64,000 nt of DNA from Deltaproteobacteria bacterium (lineage in GTDB: Bacteria > Desulfobacterota > Desulfobaccia > Desulfobaccales > 0-14-0-80-60-11). This document shows, piece by piece, positions 55,369-64,000 of the stretch (the first letter of the stretch is position 1; each line of letters begins with the position of its first letter). Both the position numbers and the translations under genes were made by a program. The stretch lies in NCBI GenBank assembly GCA_030018495.1, contig JASEFS010000002.1:75359-139358 (forward strand), in the 5' to 3' direction. The notes under the pieces were generated by a model. That model was not told the origin of the DNA and made no database searches. It was given only the letters and a program-made list of their open reading frames with translations.

Positions 55369-56547
55369 CTAGTCCTTGGGAATCAGACGGTAGACTTCCA
55401 CCAGCGGCAAACCGTGTTCTTCAGCCAGACGGCGGCAGTCTTCGTATTCCGGCAGCCGGCGGCGGCGCCCGGCGTATTCCATCACTTTCACCCGCAGAGG
55501 TCCATAAGGCGTATCGATGGTTTCGTGCCAGCGGCGGGCCGCCACCCGTTCCACCTCCATGAGCCTAACTCCCAAGGTGGTGGAGTGGCTGAATAGGTTT
55601 TCCAGGAGGTTTTCCCGGGCGGCGGGGGGGCCGATGAAGGTCAGGCGCACCCCGGGGCGGTTTTTTTTCATCTGGATGGGCGCCAAAGCCACGTCCAACG
55701 CTCCGGCCGCGAACAGTTTCGCCATCAAGGGCTCATAAAGCTCGGGATTCATGTCATCGATATGGGTTTCGCCCACCAGGACGCGCTCCTGCACTCCCGG
55801 CCGGGCGGCCAGAGGTTCCCCCAAAAACAGGCGCAGAAGGTTGGGGTGATCGGGCAACTCCCGCGTCCCGGCGCCGTAGCCCACCTGCTGAAGCTTCATG
55901 GGCGGACAGAGATCCCCTGCCGCTTCCATCACCCGGAGGATGGCCGCGCCCGTGGGGGTTACCAGTTCGCCGGGCAAATCGGTGCCATACACCGGCAGGC
56001 CCTTGAGCAGCTCTACGGCAGCCGGCGCAGGGTTGGGGAGCCGGCCGTGCGCCCCGCTGATCATGCCCCAGCCTTGAGGAATGGGACTGGTGAAAGCCTT
56101 GGCAATCGCAAGCTTCTCCACGCCAAAAGCAACTCCCACTACATCCAGGATGGTGTCCGCAGCCCCCAGTTCGTGGAAATGAACGTCTTCTAAATTCTGC
56201 CCGTGGATTTTTGCTTCAGCTTGGGCCAGCAGGCGGAACATGGCAAGACTCAGTTGCCGGGTGCGATCAGGCAAAGGCGCCTTTTCCATTAGAGTTTTTA
56301 TATGCGCGTAAGACCGCGAGGGCGATTCCCCTTTCACCAGGAAATCTACTTTTATCCCGCGGAGATGTTCCCTGGCGACCTGTTGGACCTCGAGCCGCAC
56401 TTGCCCTATATTCAGGGAATTCAAAATATTCTCCAGTTCAGCCTTATCGAGCCCCAGGTCAATTAGAGCCCCCAGGGTCATATCGCCGCTGATCCCCGAG
56501 AAGCAATCAAAATAAACCCACTGTTCAGTCTGGTTCAGGTTGGACAA
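55369..56547 (-). CDS. larC: nickel-pincer cofactor biosynthesis protein LarC (DUF111)
   Basis: WVYFDCFSGISGDMTLGALIDLG N-terminal signature. The track ORF extends to 56814, but family N-termini begin just before YFDCFSG. The nearest in-frame start is TTG at ~56547, overlapping the upstream gene by ~23 nt. Confidence 0.8.
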   Translation of the reverse strand: MSNLNQTEQWVYFDCFSGISGDMTLGALIDLGLDKAELENILNSLNIGQVRLEVQQVAREHLRGIKVDFLVKGESPSRSYAHIKTLMEKAPLPDRTRQLSLAMFRLLAQAEAKIHGQNLEDVHFHELGAADTILDVVGVAFGVEKLAIAKAFTSPIPQGWGMISGAHGRLPNPAPAAVELLKGLPVYGTDLPGELVTPTGAAILRVMEAAGDLCPPMKLQQVGYGAGTRELPDHPNLLRLFLGEPLAARPGVQERVLVGETHIDDMNPELYEPLMAKLFAAGALDVALAPIQMKKNRPGVRLTFIGPPAARENLLENLFSHSTTLGVRLMEVERVAARRWHETIDTPYGPLRVKVMEYAGRRRRLPEYEDCRRLAEEHGLPLVEVYRLIPKD

Positions 56548-57769
56548 AGAGTTCCACCTCCTTGATGGACCGCGCGTCGGCTTGGCGGACAACAAAGCGC
56601 AGGTTGCCGAATTGCAGATGCTCCCCAGGCCGGGGCAGGTCTCCCAATTGGTCGATAAGAAAGCCTGCCAGGGTCTCGTAGTCACCCCTGGGAAGATCCA
56701 GGTGCAGAGTTTCATTGAGATAGCCGATTTCCATGCGGGCGTCGATAAGATAGTGCCCTTCAGCCAATTCCAGGAAGGGGCTGACTTCCTGATCGAATTC
56801 GTCGGCGATTTCACCTACTATCTCTTCCAAAAGGTCTTCAATGGTGACAATGCCGGTGGCGCCGCCGAATTCATCCACCACGACTGCCAGGTGCGTGCCG
56901 GAGCGCTGCATTTCAGTGAGCAGCCGGTCAATCTTTTTAATTTCAGGGACAAATTTCACCGGCCGGATAAAAGGCTTGATGGGCCGGTCGTTGGGCGTCT
57001 CTCCCAGCAGATCAAAGCCGTGCACCACGCCGATGAGGTTGTCGATACGCCGATGGTAGACCGGCAGGCGAGCATAAGGCGTGGCCCGAAATTCTTCCAA
57101 CGCTTGGGCTACGGTCATGGTGTCGGGAATAGCCGCCACCTTTATCAAGGGCACCATAACCTCCTCAACGGTGCGGAGGCTGAAGCGCAAAATGCGGTTT
57201 ATTATCCGCCTTTCATCACTTTCCAACTCCACTTCCGGGCCGCTTTTCCGCACCACCAGACTCAAATCCTCCCGGGTGATAAAAGGCATCTGGCTCATCT
57301 GGCGGGCGCCGGTGACAAAGAGGACGGCCCGGCTCAAGGCTGCAAAAATCAGGGTCAAAGGATACATGACCCAGGAAATGACCCAAAGTATCGGCGCCAG
57401 CCGCTGGGCCAGCCGGTTGGGATACTGTCGGGCGATGGACTTGGGGGTGATTTCCGCCAGCAGCAGAATTAGCGGGGGCAGGGCCAGCATGGCGATTATT
57501 TCGCCGGTGGAGCCAAGCCATTGCAGCAAAACCGCGGTCACCAGGATGGTGTTGGAGATTTCCGCCAAATTTGAGCCGAGCAGGCAGGTGGCCACCAGCC
57601 GCTCCGGGCGGTCCAGAAGCTTCAGGGCGAATTTGGCTCCTGGCTGCCCTGTGTCCGCTCGATGCCGCAGGCGGCGATAACTCGCGGAAATCAGTGAAAT
57701 TTCCGCAGAGGAAAAAAAGGCCTCCGCCAGCAGGAGCGGCACGAAAACCATCAATAACGCTATTATCAT
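56525..57769 (-). CDS. CNNM/CorC-HlyC family transporter (DUF21-CBS pair-CorC_HlyC)
   Basis: N-terminal DUF21 TM domain (AEAFFSSAEISLIS), a CBS pair and a C-terminal CorC/HlyC domain (FGNLRFVVRQADARSIKEVEL). Confidence 0.85.
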   Translation of the reverse strand: MIIALLMVFVPLLLAEAFFSSAEISLISASYRRLRHRADTGQPGAKFALKLLDRPERLVATCLLGSNLAEISNTILVTAVLLQWLGSTGEIIAMLALPPLILLLAEITPKSIARQYPNRLAQRLAPILWVISWVMYPLTLIFAALSRAVLFVTGARQMSQMPFITREDLSLVVRKSGPEVELESDERRIINRILRFSLRTVEEVMVPLIKVAAIPDTMTVAQALEEFRATPYARLPVYHRRIDNLIGVVHGFDLLGETPNDRPIKPFIRPVKFVPEIKKIDRLLTEMQRSGTHLAVVVDEFGGATGIVTIEDLLEEIVGEIADEFDQEVSPFLELAEGHYLIDARMEIGYLNETLHLDLPRGDYETLAGFLIDQLGDLPRPGEHLQFGNLRFVVRQADARSIKEVELFVQPEPD

Positions 57770-59148
57770 GGCTGAATCTGGCGGACCTCCAGTTCCATGA
57801 TGCGGGTACCTTTCATCTTGGTAACCCGAAAGTTCATGGAATCGTACTGGAGCATATCCCCTTCCCGAGGCAATTCACCGAAGAGATTAAGGACCAGACC
57901 CCCGATAGTGCCAAAATCTTCTGAAACAAGTTCGGTGCCCAACGCCTCATTGAATTCTTCCAGGGACAACGAGGCGTTCACCCGCCAAAGCCCCGGGGCT
58001 TTCTGCTCCAATAATTTTTCTTCCACCTTGAATTCTTGGGGTATATCGCCGCAGAGTTCCTCCAGCAAATCCTCTACCGACACCAGACCCACCAGGGCGC
58101 CGTACTCATCCACCACCAGCGCCAGGCGCAGCCGCTGGGATTGGAGCTCGGTCAACAAGTCAAAAGCCTTCTTGCTTTCAGGCACGTAGTGCGCCGGCCT
58201 CAGAAGATTGCGAATCAAACCGGCATCGGAGATTTCCTTGCCTGAAATGGTTAACAAAGTTTTGGCGTGCAAAATACCCAGGATATTTCCCGGTTGGTCT
58301 TCGTAGATGGGCACCCGGGAATATCGCGACCGTTTCACCGCCTGAATCAATTGAGGCACCGGCATATCGATGGGCAGAGAAAAGATGTCCGGCCGCGGCA
58401 CCATGATCTCGCCGACCGTCACTTCGCCAAAATCCAACAGGTTCTGAATGAAATCTTTCTCCAGCGCCGCGATCATGCCGCCCCGATGGCTTTCTTCCAC
58501 CATGCGCACAAAATCCTCCTGCTGCACCGCGGGCACCTGGAGATCCGGACGAAATCCCAACAAAACCAGTAATCCCCGGCTGATATGGAGCAGGAAAACC
58601 CTAAACGGGGTAAGAATCACCATAGCCCAATTCACCAGGGGCGCTACTAAAGGCGCCAAGCGGGCGGGATAGGTCAAAGCAAGGGATTTGGGGATTATTT
58701 CGCCCAGCAGGAGCAGCAAGGGAGACATGACCAGCAGCGCCACCCACTTGCCCATGTCTCCCCACAGGCTCAAAGACAAGGAGGTGGCCAGCACCGAGGC
58801 CAGAATGGTAATCACTTCCAGGCCCACGACCAGCGTGACCAGAAGGCGATTGGACTGGCCCAGAAGCGACTCCACCAGTTCACCCCGCCGGGGTTGTTTT
58901 TCCTTGAGGCGCAGGCGGTCCAGAGGAGTCAGGGCAAAAAGCGAGGTTTCAGCCGCGGCAAAAAAGATATAGAGGAATAAAAGCCCGCCCAGGGCGAGCC
59001 ACCTTATTATCTGCTCCGAGGACAGCAAGGATTCCAAGTTGGTGGGCAAAGACGCGGAATAAAACTCCGATAATCTTGTTTTGACCTTTTCCAGCTTGCC
59101 ATGTTTCAGGCCGGGCCAGGGGTTATCATTTCCCTGGCCCGGGCGCAT
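57766..59148 (-). CDS. CNNM/CorC-HlyC family transporter, tandem paralog
   Basis: Same architecture (AAAETSLFAL...CBS...YDSMNFRVTKMKGTRIMELEV). Overlaps its paralog by 4 nt and abuts the lon stop. Confidence 0.85.
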   Translation of the reverse strand: MRPGQGNDNPWPGLKHGKLEKVKTRLSEFYSASLPTNLESLLSSEQIIRWLALGGLLFLYIFFAAAETSLFALTPLDRLRLKEKQPRRGELVESLLGQSNRLLVTLVVGLEVITILASVLATSLSLSLWGDMGKWVALLVMSPLLLLLGEIIPKSLALTYPARLAPLVAPLVNWAMVILTPFRVFLLHISRGLLVLLGFRPDLQVPAVQQEDFVRMVEESHRGGMIAALEKDFIQNLLDFGEVTVGEIMVPRPDIFSLPIDMPVPQLIQAVKRSRYSRVPIYEDQPGNILGILHAKTLLTISGKEISDAGLIRNLLRPAHYVPESKKAFDLLTELQSQRLRLALVVDEYGALVGLVSVEDLLEELCGDIPQEFKVEEKLLEQKAPGLWRVNASLSLEEFNEALGTELVSEDFGTIGGLVLNLFGELPREGDMLQYDSMNFRVTKMKGTRIMELEVRQIQP

Positions 59149-61581
<2,433 letters not shown>

Positions 61582-61911
61582 ATCTCCTTGAAATATATCG
61601 GGAAGAAGCCCGCGATATTAAACCCGCAAAAGCTCTGCGGTGAGAAACCCTTGCGTCGGACAAATCACCGGCTTTTCAAACCCTTAACATCAACACATAT
61701 AAATTTTAAATTAATGCTCTTTTCCTCATTAGCAAGGGCAGCCAGGAAAAGAAGAGTGCAAAGTTCACGGTCGCAACCTCCCCAAATCCTGCCATTTTTC
61801 CGGATTATTATCCAGAAGAAAATTATGGTAAACATTTATTGAGATAACATTCAAGACAAAGAGGAAACCCTGCGGATCATTCAAAAGATGAGCATTAAAT
61901 GGGGAATTTAT

Positions 61912-61939
61912 TTGGCACACTCTCAACGAATGATATAAT
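61912..61939 (+). promoter_or_regulatory. candidate sigma-70 promoter for shc
   Basis: TTGGCA (61912-61917), a 16-nt spacer, then TATAAT (61934-61939), ~40 nt upstream of the GTG at 61977 that follows GAGGGAG. Confidence 0.5.
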
Positions 61940-61976
61940 AAAAATCTTTAAATTTCAACCGGTGAGGGAGTGAACC

Positions 61977-63923
61977 GTGCGGGGGAGATCGCGAACTGGC
62001 CTTCATCCTCTTCCGGCCAGGCAGACCGGCACGCCGACTGTGGATGACGCAGTCAAACGTGCCACCACAGCGCTACGCCAGCTCCAAAATCCCGAAGGTT
62101 TCTGGTGGGCGGAACTGGAGGCCAATGTCACCATTACCGCGGAATACCTCATGCTGCATCGCATGTTGTCCCTGCCCGAGCAGGAGTTTCCGCGGCTGGC
62201 GGCTTATATCCTGGACCAGCAACTCGACAACGGCGGCTGGTCCGTGTGGTACGGCGACGGCGGCGAAATCAGCACCAGCGTCGAGGCTTACCTGGCCCTG
62301 AAGATTGCCGGCCTGCCCCGCCAGGACCCGAGAATGGTGCGGGCCCGGGATTTCATCTTATCGCGGGGCGGAGCTCTCAAGACCAGGGTGTTTACGCGCA
62401 TCTTTTTGGCCCTTTTCGGGCAGGCGAGCTGGGAGGGCATCCCCCTCCTGCCGGTGGAACTGATGCTGCTGCCACCTCGGGCGGGGTTCAGCATTTACGA
62501 TTTTTCCAGTTGGACCAGGGCCACAATCGTGCCGCTGATGATCATCATGGCCCGGCGCCCGGTTTTTCCCCTGCCGCAAGAGATGGGAGTTGCTGAACTT
62601 TTTCTTGCTCCTGACGAACCTTTTGAAAAACACCGGGTGGCCTTTAAATTTCCAGGTTCGGCGGTAGAAAACTTCTTCGTAGGCTTGGACCGGGTGCTGA
62701 AATTTTGCTACCGCCAGCCGCGGAAGTGGCCGCATCAACTCGCTATCAGGAAGGCGGAGCGCTGGATTCTGGAGCACCAGGAACAGACCGGCGACTGGGC
62801 CGGCATCCAACCCGCCATGCTCAATTCCATACTGGCGTTATTTGTGCTGGGGTACGACACCGATCATGACGTCATCCGGCGGGGACTGGAAGCCCTGAGG
62901 TTTTTCACCCTGCGGGAAGGCGACCGCCTCTGGCTCCAGTCCTGCATTTCGCCGGTTTGGGACACAGCCCTGGCGCTTCGCGCCTTGGCGGCCGCAGGCG
63001 TTTCGCCTCAAGACCCGGCCATGATCAAAGGGGCGGAGTGGCTCATCAGCCGGCAGATTCTCACCAAGGGTGACTGGAGCATCAAAACCCCGGACCTGGC
63101 GCCCGGGGGCTGGGCCTTTGAATTTGTCAACAACTGGTATCCCGACATAGACGACAGTTCCATGGTCCTGGTGGCCCTGAAAGAGGCTCTGGCCGAACCT
63201 GACAAACACCGCGAGGCTCTGAACCGCGGCGTCAACTGGTGCCTGGGCATGCAGTCCAAAAACGGCGGCTTTGCCGCGTTCGATGTGGACAACACCAAGG
63301 AATGGCTCAACGCCATCCCCTTCGGCGACCTCAAGGCCCTGGTGGACCCGCCCACCGAAGACGTCACCGGGCGGGCTCTGGAAATGATGGGAGCTTTCGG
63401 CATGGGCCCCGAACATCCTGTTGCGCAGCGGGCCCTGGATTTCATCAAGGCCAAGCAGCATCCGGACGGCCCCTGGTGGGGGCGCTGGGGCGTCAATTTC
63501 ATTTACGGCACCTGGTCGGTGCTCCTGGGTCTTAAAGGCCTGGGGGAGGATATGAGCCAATCCTACATCCGGCGCGCCGTCACCTGGCTCAAGTCCCGCC
63601 AAAACCCGGACGGCGGCTGGGGGGAGTGCATCGAGTCCTACCGGCAGCCCGAACTTAAAGGCCAGGGCCCCAGCACCGCCTCACAAACGGCCTGGGCCGT
63701 CATGAGCCTGATCGCGGCGGGTGAGGCCAAATCTCCCGAAGTATTAAAGGCCGTTGACTTCCTGGTCAGAACCCAGAACCCGGACGGGCGCTGGGATGAA
63801 CCCTACTTCACCGGCACCGGATTCCCCGCGCATTTCATGATCCGTTACCACCTGTACCGTGATTGCTTCCCCCTTATGGCCCTGGGGCAGTATCTCAGAG
63901 CTATGCAGGACGAGGGAACATAA
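61977..63923 (+). CDS. shc: squalene-hopene cyclase
   Basis: DxDD protonation motif (WYPDIDDSSMV) and multiple QW repeats (e.g. RQNPDGGWGE, TQNPDGRWDE). 648 aa. Confidence 0.93.
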   Translation: MRGRSRTGLHPLPARQTGTPTVDDAVKRATTALRQLQNPEGFWWAELEANVTITAEYLMLHRMLSLPEQEFPRLAAYILDQQLDNGGWSVWYGDGGEISTSVEAYLALKIAGLPRQDPRMVRARDFILSRGGALKTRVFTRIFLALFGQASWEGIPLLPVELMLLPPRAGFSIYDFSSWTRATIVPLMIIMARRPVFPLPQEMGVAELFLAPDEPFEKHRVAFKFPGSAVENFFVGLDRVLKFCYRQPRKWPHQLAIRKAERWILEHQEQTGDWAGIQPAMLNSILALFVLGYDTDHDVIRRGLEALRFFTLREGDRLWLQSCISPVWDTALALRALAAAGVSPQDPAMIKGAEWLISRQILTKGDWSIKTPDLAPGGWAFEFVNNWYPDIDDSSMVLVALKEALAEPDKHREALNRGVNWCLGMQSKNGGFAAFDVDNTKEWLNAIPFGDLKALVDPPTEDVTGRALEMMGAFGMGPEHPVAQRALDFIKAKQHPDGPWWGRWGVNFIYGTWSVLLGLKGLGEDMSQSYIRRAVTWLKSRQNPDGGWGECIESYRQPELKGQGPSTASQTAWAVMSLIAAGEAKSPEVLKAVDFLVRTQNPDGRWDEPYFTGTGFPAHFMIRYHLYRDCFPLMALGQYLRAMQDEGT

Positions 63924-64000
63924 TCAACCCGGACAACAGCCGCGCGAAACACCGGCGGAAAAGGCGAAAAGTTGGAAAGCCGTTCAACGTCCGCCATTTT

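Noticed and set aside
61582-61700. Sigma-32 heat-shock promoter for lon
   Set aside because: A TTGAAA box exists on the minus strand, but the downstream element (CCGACGCA) is a poor match to CCCCATNT. I could not support the call.

Overview
This is a 64-kb chromosomal window from a high-GC (roughly 60%) Gram-negative bacterium. The gene content (sigma-54-driven flagellar genes, hopanoid cyclase, xseA-xseB-ispA-dxs-tlyA synteny) fits a Desulfobacterota/deltaproteobacterium-like organism, but I cannot name the species. I found no rRNA, tRNA, CRISPR array, transposase or integrase.

Most of the window is housekeeping:
- a beta-CASP MBL hydrolase (partial)
- an alpha-2-macroglobulin/PBP1C pair
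- holB-ricT, guaA, htpX and tlyA
- dxs-ispA-xseB-xseA
- thrS-infC-rpmI-rplT-pheS
- nth and murJ
- a flagellar flgBC-fliEFGHIJ block preceded by two sigma-54 activators
- lon, two CNNM/CorC proteins and larC
- squalene-hopene cyclase

Accessory or unusual content:
1. An AT-rich BglII-like restriction-modification cassette sits in the conserved dxs|tlyA junction.
2. pheS is followed by a Cys-rich double MazG-like protein and a toxin-first RelE/HigB-XRE pair, not by pheT.
3. A canonical NtrC-type regulator lies upstream of a near-consensus sigma-54 promoter. That promoter precedes two unknown exported proteins and a FleQ-like activator. A second sigma-54 promoter follows, ahead of flgB.
4. The least explained signal is in the spacers. 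Several families of heptanucleotide tandem repeats, such as (GGCCACT)n, (GAAAACC)n, (CCAAAAA)n and (TTTAAGC)n, recur directly after stop codons. They occur together with short GC-rich hairpins, nested palindromes and G-run tracts.

Limits: calls rest on motif recognition by eye. Hand-located motif coordinates may be off by 1-2 nt. No database search was run.
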